Positions 46,093-54,833 of a stretch of DNA of 64,000 nt are shown in pieces (within the stretch, counting starts at the first letter, position 1; every line of letters starts with the position of its first letter). This stretch comes from Acidimicrobiales bacterium (GTDB taxonomy: Bacteria > Actinomycetota > Acidimicrobiia > Acidimicrobiales > Aldehydirespiratoraceae), in contig OZ220727.1 in assembly GCA_965116865.1 (NCBI GenBank), forward strand, positions 2,372,798 through 2,436,797, written 5' to 3'. Under the pieces are notes generated by a model, which was not told where the DNA came from, did not search any database, and worked only from the letters and a program-made list of their open reading frames with translations. The position numbers were made by a program, and so were the translations under genes.

Positions 46093-47485
46093 GGCAGCGT
46101 CCCACCGGGTGGTGGAAATTGAGGTAGCTGGGAGGGTCCACCTGTAGGGGGGCCATCGGCGTGATCCTCGGTGAGAAGACATCACCGACTCATCGAGGAG
46201 GACACACCGATGACCCTGTCTGATACTGCCACAGCGCAGCTGTTGGAGACCTTCCGCGCCTCAGGTGGCGCGGAGCTGATCCGTGAGGCGGTGGAGCTGG
46301 TGCTCCAGGAGCTGATCGAGGCCGAGGCGACCGCGGCGATCGGAGCGGGCCGCTATGAGCGCAGCGAGACCCGCACGACGGCGCGCAACGGGCACCGCGG
46401 CCGCCTGTTGGCCACCCAGGCGGGGGATCTGGAGCTGAAGATCCCCAAGCTGCGCAAGGGCAGCTTCATGCCGTCGGTGCTCGAGCCGCGCCGGCGCATC
46501 GACCGGGCGCTGTATGCGGTGATCATGGAGGCCTACGTCGCTGGGGTGTCCACCCGCTCGGTGGACGACCTGGTGGCCGCGCTGGGAGCGGAGTCGGGCA
46601 TCTCCAAGTCGGAGGTGTCGCGGATCTGTGCGGGCCTCGACGAGGGCGTGGAGGCCTTCCGCAGCCGGCGCCTGGACCACATCGAGTTCCCCTACGTCTA
46701 CTTGGACGCCACCTACCTCAATGTGCGCAACAGCGTCGCCCAGCCAGCGTCAATGGCGACGGTGGTGGCCACCGGGATCACCTCAGACGGCAATCGTGAG
46801 GTCCTGGGCTGTGACGTCGGCGACAGCGAGAGCGAAGCCTTCTGGCAGCAGTTCATGGGGTCTTTGCGCGACCGGGGCCTCACCGGGGTGCGCCTGGTGA
46901 TCTCCGACGCTCACCGCGGGCTCGCCGCAGCCGCCGACCGCTGGTTCCAGGGCGCCGCCAGACAGCGTTGCCGGGTGCATTTCATCCGGAACCTGCTGGC
47001 GGTGGTGCCCCGCAGCCACCAGCACATGGCCGCCGCCTTGTTCCGCACGATCTTCGCTCAACCCGACACCGACGCCGTCACCGCCGCCTGGGACCAAGTC
47101 ACCACCCAACTCGCCGCCAGCTTCCCCAAAGCGGGCCCGCTGATGGACACAGCCAGAGCCGAGGTGCTGGCCTTCGCCGCGTTCCCCAAGGCCCACCGGC
47201 AAAAGATCCGGTCCACCAACCCCCTCGAACGCATCAACAAGGAGATCAAGAGACGATCACGCGTCGTGGGGATCTTCCCCAACGAGGCCTCCGCCATCCG
47301 ATTGGTCGGAGCCATCCTCGCCGACCTCCACGACGAGTGGCAGGCCAGCGACCGGCGCTACCTCTCAGAGGACTCCATGAGCCTGCTCTACCCCGAGCGC
47401 GATAGTCTCGCCACAGCCGAACTCACAGCCGGCAACTAACCACCGAGGCTCAACCCCAAAGTCCACCACGCCACGGGACGCCCCC
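46093..47485 (+). mobile_element. IS256-family insertion sequence
   Basis: IRs are GGCAGCGTCCCACCGGGTGGTGGAAATTGAGG and the reverse complement of GGGGGCGTCCCGTGGCGTGGTGGACTTTGGGG. The flanking duplication is TCCTGGCT / TCCTGGGCT. Confidence 0.8.
46171..47439 (+). CDS. IS256-family (mutator-type) transposase
   Basis: RNGHRGRLLATQAGDLELKIPKLRKGSFMPSVLE, YLDATYLNVR, and ISDAHRGL. The likely start is MTLSD at 46210. Confidence 0.9.
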   Translation: MRRHHRLIEEDTPMTLSDTATAQLLETFRASGGAELIREAVELVLQELIEAEATAAIGAGRYERSETRTTARNGHRGRLLATQAGDLELKIPKLRKGSFMPSVLEPRRRIDRALYAVIMEAYVAGVSTRSVDDLVAALGAESGISKSEVSRICAGLDEGVEAFRSRRLDHIEFPYVYLDATYLNVRNSVAQPASMATVVATGITSDGNREVLGCDVGDSESEAFWQQFMGSLRDRGLTGVRLVISDAHRGLAAAADRWFQGAARQRCRVHFIRNLLAVVPRSHQHMAAALFRTIFAQPDTDAVTAAWDQVTTQLAASFPKAGPLMDTARAEVLAFAAFPKAHRQKIRSTNPLERINKEIKRRSRVVGIFPNEASAIRLVGAILADLHDEWQASDRRYLSEDSMSLLYPERDSLATAELTAGN

Positions 47486-47681
47486 TCCTGGGCTCAACCA
47501 GATCGAGATGTGGTTCTCCATCCTCACCCGACAACTCCTCGACACAGCCGAGTTCGCCCACACCAGCGACCTCGCCGGAGCCATCCTCGACTACATCGAC
47601 GACTACAACAACCGGGCCACACCCTTCAAATGGACCTACCACCCAAACCAACAGCCACAGAACTCACGCGCGTGACCACTA

Positions 47682-48851
47682 GTGTCCTGAGTCTTTAGTT
47701 ATTGGGGTTGGTTGTGGTATGGTTGGTGTGGATGCAGGCGGTGATTGGAGGCAGTCGTGGCTAGGGGCCGTCGTGGGGTGGAGGTGGTGCTCGCCGATGA
47801 GCAGCGCGAGACGCTGGAGCGGTGGGCGCGGCGCCAGAAGTCGTCGCAGGCTCTGGCGCTGCGGTGCCGGATAGTGCTGGGCGCGGCCGCGGGGGAGACG
47901 AACAAGTCGATCGCGGCGTCGCTGGGGTGCAGCGAGGCGACGGTGTCGAAGTGGCGGCGCCGGTTCGCGGGGCGCGGGTTGGACGGGCTCTGCGACGAGC
48001 CGCGTCCGGGCGCGCCGCGCACGGTGAGCGACGACAAGGCGCAGGAGGTGATCGTCAAGACGCTGGAGTCGGCTCCTGAGGGCGCGACGCACTGGTCGAC
48101 GCGCTCGATGGCCGCGCAGGTGGGGCTGTCGCAGTCGACGATCTCGAGGATGTGGCGGGCCTTCGGGCTCAGGCCCCATGGCGTGGAGGAGTTCAAGGTG
48201 TCGCCGGACCCCCAGTTCATCGACAAGGCGCGCGACGTCGCCGGGCTGTACTTGAACCCGCCGGAGGCAGCGGTGGTGCTCTGCGCGGACGACAAGACCC
48301 GGATCCAGGCTCTCGACCGCACCGCGCCGGTGCTTGCCTTGATGCCGGGTGTGCCCCAGCGCCGAACCCACGACTACCGCCGCTTCGGCACCACCAACCT
48401 CCACGCGGCGCTCGACGCCGCCTCGGGCAAAGCCATCTCCTCGATGACCGCGCGCCACCGCGCCATCGAGTCCCGCAAGTTCCTGGACCTCATCGACAGC
48501 GAAGCCCCCGAGGGCCCCAAGGCGCACGTCGTGCTGGACAACTCCTCCACCCACAAGACCCCCGCCATACAGCGCCGGCTGCTGCGCCACCCCCGCTTCA
48601 GCTTCCACCTCACCCCCACCCACAGCTCGTGGACGAACCTCGTCGAGCGCTGGTTCGCCGAGCCCACCACCAAACGGATCCGCCGCGGCACCCACACCAG
48701 CACCAAAGAGCCCACCGGCTCCATCCAGCACCGGATCGACCACCGGAACCACAACCCCCGCCCGTTCACATGGCACAAGAGCGCCGACGAGATACTCCAC
48801 AACCCGGCAACATATCTCCAACGAATTCCTGACTCAGAACACTAGACATCG
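47682..48851 (+). mobile_element. IS630-family element, type B, copy 2 (inverted relative to copy 1)
   Basis: It has the same IRs as copy 1. TA dinucleotides lie at 47680-47681 and 48852-48853. Confidence 0.8.
47745..48845 (+). CDS. IS630-family DDE transposase (type B, copy 2)
   Basis: 366 aa; differs from the copy at 43955-45055 at a handful of residues. Confidence 0.85.
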   Translation: MEAVVARGRRGVEVVLADEQRETLERWARRQKSSQALALRCRIVLGAAAGETNKSIAASLGCSEATVSKWRRRFAGRGLDGLCDEPRPGAPRTVSDDKAQEVIVKTLESAPEGATHWSTRSMAAQVGLSQSTISRMWRAFGLRPHGVEEFKVSPDPQFIDKARDVAGLYLNPPEAAVVLCADDKTRIQALDRTAPVLALMPGVPQRRTHDYRRFGTTNLHAALDAASGKAISSMTARHRAIESRKFLDLIDSEAPEGPKAHVVLDNSSTHKTPAIQRRLLRHPRFSFHLTPTHSSWTNLVERWFAEPTTKRIRRGTHTSTKEPTGSIQHRIDHRNHNPRPFTWHKSADEILHNPATYLQRIPDSEH

Positions 48852-49257
48852 GCGGCACAACCTTCGACCTCGACCGCTGCGAGGTCACACCGTGCGGGAC
48901 CACATGGCACTACGTCGATGTACGAGCACACACTGACACCTTGGTTTATCAGCGGGTTGTGGAGGCCCTCGCGGCTGCCGCACGGCACCGCTCCTAAGGT
49001 GTCGGACAACGACAGCCCACCGTGACTTTCTTCTGGCCCATTCGATACAACCCGGCATGACACGGCGGCAGGGTCCGCAGGGCTGCGGTATGCTTGCAAT
49101 CGCAAGGGCAACTGAGATTGAAGAGGTGTCCGTGGATGCAGCCGGGCTAGCAGCGAAGGTGGTGCCATCCATGCTGAGACGGCCCGCCGGCGTCCGATCT
49201 GGCCCACCCGTGTCGGAGTTGTCCCTGTCGGGCGATGACGGGAGAATCCGCGACTGG

Positions 49258-49464
49258 GTGACCCAGGCCCATGAGCGCACCGCCGTGGAGGCCATCGAGT
49301 CGCCGCCTGGGTTCGTCGCAGAATGCGACGCGGCCCCCGGCGCGCTGGCCTTCGCTAGCACCGCAGAAGCAGCGATCGAGGAAATGCGCTCAGTCCTGCT
49401 CGGCTGGGCAAGCCTCAGACTCGAACGCGGCCACGACCTCCCGGCCTTGCCGGCGCAGCCGTAG
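49258..49464 (+). CDS. hicB: HicB-family antitoxin-like protein, copy 1
   Basis: AVEAIESPPGFVAECDAAPGALAFASTAEAAIEEMRSVLLGWASLRLERGHDLP (HicB N-domain pattern). The GTG at 49258 is a proposed start; the ORF track gives 49057. Confidence 0.5.
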   Translation: MTQAHERTAVEAIESPPGFVAECDAAPGALAFASTAEAAIEEMRSVLLGWASLRLERGHDLPALPAQP

Positions 49465-49665
49465 CCTCGCCCCGCCCCCCGGCGGGCGACGGGTGCAATC
49501 GTCGCACGCCGCTACTGTGGGGATGTGGCCCCATCTTCTAGACTTGACGCGTCCAAACACCGCCGTGACCGCAGGGGACGTTTCACGCGCAAGAACCGGT
49601 CCGAGCCCAAGACTCCCGACTTGCGCCTGAAGTCCTCTGGCGACAGTCATAGAATCCGCGAGTGG

Positions 49666-49878
49666 GTGGCCCAGGCCCATGAGCGCACCGCCGTGGAGGC
49701 CATCGAGTCGCCGCCTGGGTTCGTCGCAGAATGCGACGCGGCCCCCGGCGCGCTGGCCTTCGCTAGCACCGCAGAAGCAGCGATCGAGGAAATGCGCTCA
49801 GTCCTGCTCGGCTGGGCAAGCCTCAGAGTCGAACGCGGCCACGACCTCCCGCATCTGCACGACACTGTCGCTCGCTAG
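49666..49878 (+). CDS. hicB: HicB-family antitoxin-like protein, copy 2 (directly precedes hicA)
   Basis: A near-identical 201-bp duplicate of 49243-49443, lying 408 bp downstream. Its stop is 2 nt before the hicA GTG. Confidence 0.55.
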   Translation: MAQAHERTAVEAIESPPGFVAECDAAPGALAFASTAEAAIEEMRSVLLGWASLRVERGHDLPHLHDTVAR

Positions 49879-49880
49879 CG

Positions 49881-50105
49881 GTGGCGGCTCGGCTCACCCC
49901 GATCTCGCGTCGGCGACTCATCAAGCGGCTGCGGCGGCTCGGGTGGGATGGCCCACACGCCAGGAGCTCACACGACTACATGACCAAGGACGAGCAAACG
50001 CTCACAATCCCCAACCCCCACCGCGGCGACATCGGCGTTGACCTGCTCGCCAAGATACTGCAACAGGCTGGCATCTCCCGTGAAGACTGGACCAAGTCGA
50101 AGTAA
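49881..50105 (+). CDS. hicA: HicA-family mRNA interferase toxin
   Basis: ISRRRLIKRLRRLGWDGPHARSSHDYMTKDEQTLTIPNPHRGDIGVDLLAKILQQAGIS. Confidence 0.8.
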   Translation: MAARLTPISRRRLIKRLRRLGWDGPHARSSHDYMTKDEQTLTIPNPHRGDIGVDLLAKILQQAGISREDWTKSK

Positions 50106-50295
50106 CTGCGCCGTCAGCTGAGACGGTCGGCTTGTCGGCCGAGACGAGCAGTCTTCGGCCGAGCGACTCCAACTCGTATCCGGCCGTGCGCAGGACCGGT
50201 CGCACAGCGACGATCTTGGGGAGGTCCTCGAGCGCCCACAGCAGGACGTTGAGTTGGAATACGGGATCGGAGACGAGATCGGCGTCTGAGGTCAT
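50002..50295 (-). CDS. Hypothetical 97-aa ORF translationally coupled to the upstream 407-aa gene
   Basis: The ATG at 50295 overlaps the stop of the upstream gene (ATGA). Its 3' end overlaps hicA convergently by about 100 nt, so its true extent is doubtful. Confidence 0.25.
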   Translation of the reverse strand: MTSDADLVSDPVFQLNVLLWALEDLPKIVAVRPVLRTAGYELESLGRRLLVSADKPTVSADGAVTSTWSSLHGRCQPVAVSWRAGQRRCRRGGGWGL

Positions 50296-51515
50296 GCGGC
50301 GATGCCGGCGGCATCGGCCACCGCCTGTTCGTAGGGCTCGCTGCCGAGCCAGGCTCTCGCGGTCGGAGCCAGTTCTCGTTGCACGTTGGTGACAAGCCGA
50401 TGGACTGTGTTCCCGCAGGTGCCGTGGGGCAGTACAGCGAGGAGATGCTGGCTGGTGGCCTCCAGCAGGAACGGTTGCCACAGGTGCCGGTCCACGGCAA
50501 CGACATGTGCCTTGGTGGGCCCCCGGCGCGTGACGAAGCCTCCGATACGGAAGCGACTCGTCCGTCGTTCGAGCGCAAGCTCAACGAAGCGGTTGAACAA
50601 CGGCTCGCTTAGGGGCTCGCCGAACTCGATGACCAGGGGGCTGCCGCGAATCTTGTACCCGTCTTGGCCAGCGTCGGTGGTGTCGACCCAGAGGCGGGCT
50701 TCGGCATGCTCGGTGACGCTGCGGTATAGCGCGAGCACGCGCCGGACCGTCGCCCGGTGGTCGGCAAACGAGTCGCTTCGGTTCGTGGCGCGGCCGTCGT
50801 AGTTGAGGCGGTGGCCACCACGGCCGGCCGCGGGCATCTGCAGGTGCACCAGCGAGCGCAGCGGGTCGTAGGAGTCGATTAGCCGCTGCAGCTTCTCCTC
50901 CAGCACCGACAGGCTCTCGGTGAGCGTCACCACCGAACGTCGGCGCTCAGCAAAGGCGTGCGGCGTCTCGTAGTCGGCATCGTCGGCGCTGTCGTCCTCG
51001 GTACTCGCATCGAGACCGTCGATCGGCTCATAGCGGGCCTCGTGCTCGAATCCGAGCCGCGCGTAGCGCTGCGACGGCGTGGTCGCTTGCACCTGCCTCC
51101 ACAACTCGAACAGGATCGGTGACGACAACCAGAGTCGGTCAAGCCACGGGCTGGTGTCCACCGTCTGGCGCACCCATCGGTCGCTGTGTTCGACAGCCAT
51201 CTTCGTGTAGAAGACAGGATGCCGGTCGTCGAGTTCCTCGACTAGGCCGACCACTCGGCCGCCGTGGCCAGCGTCCTCGACACGGAACAACGTGTCGTCG
51301 AGACGGTGAAGATGCACACGCCCAGCGAACCTGCCGGCCAGGTCAGGCATCTGTTGGTTACTGCCTGCGGTCTCCAGCATGTAGGTCTTGACCAGTTTGC
51401 GACCCGCGTCGGGGTGTTCGATGTCCGCCGCGGCGGGCACGGGGTGGCCCTCCAGGTAGTCGACGAACTCGCTGCGCCTCTCCAGCCGCGGCAGGTATCC
51501 GACATTGTCGGTCAT
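50292..51515 (-). CDS. Hypothetical protein (407 aa), no recognisable family
   Basis: A long ORF with the start taken at MTDNVGYLPRLE. It has an acidic central segment DGLDASTEDDSADDADYE. Confidence 0.55.
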   Translation of the reverse strand: MTDNVGYLPRLERRSEFVDYLEGHPVPAAADIEHPDAGRKLVKTYMLETAGSNQQMPDLAGRFAGRVHLHRLDDTLFRVEDAGHGGRVVGLVEELDDRHPVFYTKMAVEHSDRWVRQTVDTSPWLDRLWLSSPILFELWRQVQATTPSQRYARLGFEHEARYEPIDGLDASTEDDSADDADYETPHAFAERRRSVVTLTESLSVLEEKLQRLIDSYDPLRSLVHLQMPAAGRGGHRLNYDGRATNRSDSFADHRATVRRVLALYRSVTEHAEARLWVDTTDAGQDGYKIRGSPLVIEFGEPLSEPLFNRFVELALERRTSRFRIGGFVTRRGPTKAHVVAVDRHLWQPFLLEATSQHLLAVLPHGTCGNTVHRLVTNVQRELAPTARAWLGSEPYEQAVADAAGIAA

Positions 51516-51765
51516 GGCCGATAGCGTAGGCCGTGCCTCGCCCCCGGCCCCCGCTGAGACGTTGACGGGGTTCTTAGCGCAGATCCCGGCCTGCGAACAA
51601 CTCACCGAGCGATCGCGCCACCGCGCCGACTGCTATTCTGCCGCTATTGCTCCCGCCTTCCCGGCCAAGTCGGGAATGGCGGGGACTTATCGTCTTGGAG
51701 GCAGAAGTCACCGTGACTCGCGTTTCGGTCTTCATCGACTACGCCTACCACTGTGCCCGCGAAGC

Positions 51766-51900
51766 CCTAGTGTCCCGTCTGGGGAATGTGTTGAAGATAT
51801 GAGGCCATGGTCTCGAAGATGTCGTCGGCGGATTTGTGCCATGTGAATGGGCGGGGGTTCTGGTTCCAGTTGCGGAGGTGACGAACACGCTGGTGCCGAT
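51766..51900 (-). pseudogene. IS630-family transposase 3' remnant with terminus
   Basis: Terminus TAGTGTCCCGTC. The minus frame reads NWNQNPRPFTWHKSADDIFETMASYLQHIPQTGH*. Confidence 0.6.
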
Positions 51901-51947
51901 GCGCGCCCCGGTGGGGGCCGCCACCACGAACGGGGCGGCCAGTTGCC

Positions 51948-52184
51948 TCACTCGACCCCCGCGCCGCAGCGCTCCGCGCAGGCCACCGCCCACAGCGCCC
52001 GGCTGCGCGCCGAGCGCCGCCCGTACAGCCGAACGCAGAACGAAGTCAGCACCTCGGTCATGTCGCGCACCAGGTCGTCGTCCACCTCAGAGTCGTCCAC
52101 CACCACCAGACGGCGACCGTGCGCGGCCAGAGCCCGAATAGGGTATAGACGGTGCAGATCAGCAGCAGAAATGCTGATTTGCAA
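51948..52184 (-). pseudogene. IS607-type serine recombinase C-terminal fragment
   Basis: GRRLVVVDDSEVDDDLVRDMTEVLTSFCVRLYGRRSARSRA. Confidence 0.55.
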
Positions 52185-52201
52185 GGTGGTGGGGGTAGCG
52201 T

Positions 52202-53416
52202 GTGGGCATGATCGAGAGGGAGATCACGCCGCATCTGCTCCGTCTGATCGACCAGTACCCGGTCCTGACGATCACCGGCCCGCGCCAGTCCGGCAAGACG
52301 ACCCTGTGTCGCAGGGCCTTTGGGAATCTGCCTTACGCCAACCTGGAGGACCCCGACGTGCGCGAGTTCGCGACGTCGGACTCGCGGGCGTTTCTGGCGC
52401 AGTTCCCCGATGGGGCTGTGCTCGATGAGATCCAGCGCGCCCCGGATCTGCCGTCGTACCTCCAAGGCCTCGTCGACGAGGACCCCCAGCGGTTCCGGTT
52501 CGTCCTCACCGGCAGCGAGCAGTTCGGCTGGACCGACTCGATCAGCCAGTCGCTCGCGGGCCGCACCGCGGTGTTGCGCCTGTTGCCGTTCACGCTGGCG
52601 GAGTGTGCGCTTGCCGGCGCGTCCGGCGATCTCAACGAGGTCCTGTTCGCCGGCGGCTACCCCAGCATCCACGCCCAGGGCCGCTCCCCCGCCGAGGCGC
52701 TCGGCGACTACGTCACGACCTACGTAGAGCGCGACGTGCGCCGGATCGGCGCAATCCAGGACCTCGCCGTATTCGCTCGCTTCATGCGCCTCGCAGCTGG
52801 CCGCGTCGGCCAACTGCTGAACGTGACCAACCTCGCCAACGACACCGGCGTGGCTCCCGGCACCGCCCGGTCATGGCTGTCGGTCCTGCAAGCGAGCAAC
52901 ATCGTGTTCCTCCTGGAGCCCCACCTGCCGAACATCCGCAAGCGCCTCACCAAAGCGCCGAAGCTCTACTTCGTCGACGTCGGCCTCGCCGGCTACCTCA
53001 TCGGGATCCGCACCGCCGAGCAGGTCGCCACTCACCCTCTGCGGGGAAACCTGTTCGAGAACGCCGCAGTCGGCGAGGCCCTCAAGCATGCCTACAACAA
53101 CGCTGTCCGGCACCCGAGACTGTCCTTCTACCGGACCTCGGCGGGCCTCGAATGCGGCCTGCTGCACCCGACCGCCTCGGGCCTGGCCGCAGTAGAGATC
53201 AAGTCCGGCCAGACACTCCACACATCCTGGTTCTCGCGCCTGGCGCGCCTCAAGACAGACCTCCCCGACATCTCGGCGGCCGCCGTCGTCTACGGCGGCT
53301 CGCAGCGCCAACACCGCACCGCCGGCGAGGCCGTGCCACTCACACACTTCGCCGAGTACCTGACCACCCTCGACACCCCGCCACCGGCCCTCAGACCAGG
53401 CGGCCTCGACACCTAA
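52202..53416 (+). CDS. AAA+ ATPase, DUF4143 family
   Basis: Walker A ITGPRQSGKTTL, AVLDEIQRAPDL, and the DUF4143-like YRTSAGLECGLL...EIKSGQT. Confidence 0.8.
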   Translation: MGMIEREITPHLLRLIDQYPVLTITGPRQSGKTTLCRRAFGNLPYANLEDPDVREFATSDSRAFLAQFPDGAVLDEIQRAPDLPSYLQGLVDEDPQRFRFVLTGSEQFGWTDSISQSLAGRTAVLRLLPFTLAECALAGASGDLNEVLFAGGYPSIHAQGRSPAEALGDYVTTYVERDVRRIGAIQDLAVFARFMRLAAGRVGQLLNVTNLANDTGVAPGTARSWLSVLQASNIVFLLEPHLPNIRKRLTKAPKLYFVDVGLAGYLIGIRTAEQVATHPLRGNLFENAAVGEALKHAYNNAVRHPRLSFYRTSAGLECGLLHPTASGLAAVEIKSGQTLHTSWFSRLARLKTDLPDISAAAVVYGGSQRQHRTAGEAVPLTHFAEYLTTLDTPPPALRPGGLDT

Positions 53417-53590
53417 ACGGCCCGACACCCCGCCACCGGCCCTCAGACCAAGCGGCCTCGACACCTAAACGGCCCGACACCCCGCCACCGGCCCTCAGAC
53501 CAGACGGCCTCGACACCTAAACGGCCCGACACCCCGCCACCGGCCCTCAGACCAAGCGGCCTCGACACCTAAACGGCCCGACACCCCGCC
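53371..53590. repeat. 52-bp x ~4.2 tandem array that copies the last codons and stop of the ATPase gene
   Basis: The unit CGACACCCCGCCACCGGCCCTCAGACCAGGCGGCCTCGACACCTAAACGGCC occurs at 53371, 53423, 53475, 53527 and 53579. Confidence 0.95.
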
Positions 53591-53621
53591 GGCGGCGGAG
53601 GCGGCGGGGGCGGGGACGCGT

Positions 53622-54488
53622 TTACTGCGGCAGGCTGGTGCCGCGGTGTCCGAGCCGCTGGCTGATCTGGGTTGTGATCATGCACAGCTGACGCGCCGTC
53701 TCAGCGACTTCGAGAACCTGCGAACCCGCGGTGACCGACACCGCCCCGAGGACCCTGCCCCGGACCTCGAACAGAGGCGCCGCCACCGAATTGAAACCGA
53801 CCACGAACTCTTCTCGCTCGATCGAGTAGCCCCGCCGCCTGGTCAGGGCGAGATCGGCCGCGAGCGCAGTGGAGTCAACGATGGTGTTCGGAGTGACCGC
53901 CTCCAGCGGTCTGGCCAGTATCTCCAGAGTCCTGCCCGGATCCCCGAAGGCGAGCACTGCCTTTCCTGTGGCCGACGCGTGCAGCACGACACGCTCGCCC
54001 ACCTGCGTGGGTGTCGGCGTCGTCGACTGCATCTCGAGCTTCTCGAGGTAGAGGTTCGACTCCCCGCGATGCACGACAAGGTGGATGGTGTGACCCGTCG
54101 AGATGAGCAGCCGCTGAAGATAGGGAAGGGCCAGATCGCGGATGCGACGCTGGCTCGGTACGTGGGCCCCAAGTTCGAAGAGTTTCGGTCCGAGCCGAAA
54201 ACCATCGCCGATGCGCTCCACCACCCCCCACTCGACCAACTCGCCGCACAGCCGGTGAACGCTGGATTTCGCCACCCCGCTGCGACGCGCCAACTCCGAC
54301 AATCCCAGCGTTCCGTCGGCAGCGCTCAAAGCGTCCAGAATGAGCGCCACCTTCGCAAGCACCGACGCCGGATTCACGGCCGGGGTCTCAGTGTCCGCGA
54401 TCTTGCCGGCACCTCCCTGTGGGCTGCTGCCACACTCTGCCCTGACATGCGGCGCACAAGCTACTGCAAACAAGTGCTCCATCAACAA
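53622..54488 (-). CDS. IclR-family transcriptional regulator
   Basis: LGLSELARRSGVAKSSVHRLCGELVEWGVV followed by an IclR effector domain. The start may lie downstream of 54488. Confidence 0.85.
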   Translation of the reverse strand: MLMEHLFAVACAPHVRAECGSSPQGGAGKIADTETPAVNPASVLAKVALILDALSAADGTLGLSELARRSGVAKSSVHRLCGELVEWGVVERIGDGFRLGPKLFELGAHVPSQRRIRDLALPYLQRLLISTGHTIHLVVHRGESNLYLEKLEMQSTTPTPTQVGERVVLHASATGKAVLAFGDPGRTLEILARPLEAVTPNTIVDSTALAADLALTRRRGYSIEREEFVVGFNSVAAPLFEVRGRVLGAVSVTAGSQVLEVAETARQLCMITTQISQRLGHRGTSLPQ

Positions 54489-54833
54489 ACGCTCGTCAGG
54501 GCGCCGCTCCTCGAGGCAGCGGTCAGCTGAAAGCGAACACGGCGCGGCTGGGAGTGAGTCAGTCGTGGCGCAGCGGCGGCGTCACTGCCGTTCCTCCTGC
54601 TGCGCTCACAAGCCGGGCCAGCTACGGCCACCCTCGTCGTATGGGCGGCGTCGCTCCGTCTAGTCGCTCGACCTCTGGCCTATTGAAGTGCGAGTGCCGC
54701 CGACGCTTGAATCCGGCCACACGCGACACACATCCGAACACCCGGAAGAGCCGCTGAGCACGCCGGGCGCGGCTGTGGGGTGCAGGACCGACGGTCCCGC
54801 ACCCCACAGTGCCGGTAACAGTGCTACGAAGTG

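Larger units (their letters stand above)
45164..47675 (+). pseudogene. IS630 type-A transposase disrupted by IS256
   Basis: The 5' part is 45164-46092. The 3' part, 47495-47675, reads LNQIEMWFSILTRQLLDTAEF...KWTYHPNQQPQNSRA*. Confidence 0.8.
45121..47679 (+). mobile_element. IS630-family element, type A, copy 2, split by an IS256 insertion
   Basis: Collinear with copy 1 up to 46092, resuming at about 47486. The transposase is broken at HASWL|NQIEMW. Confidence 0.8.
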
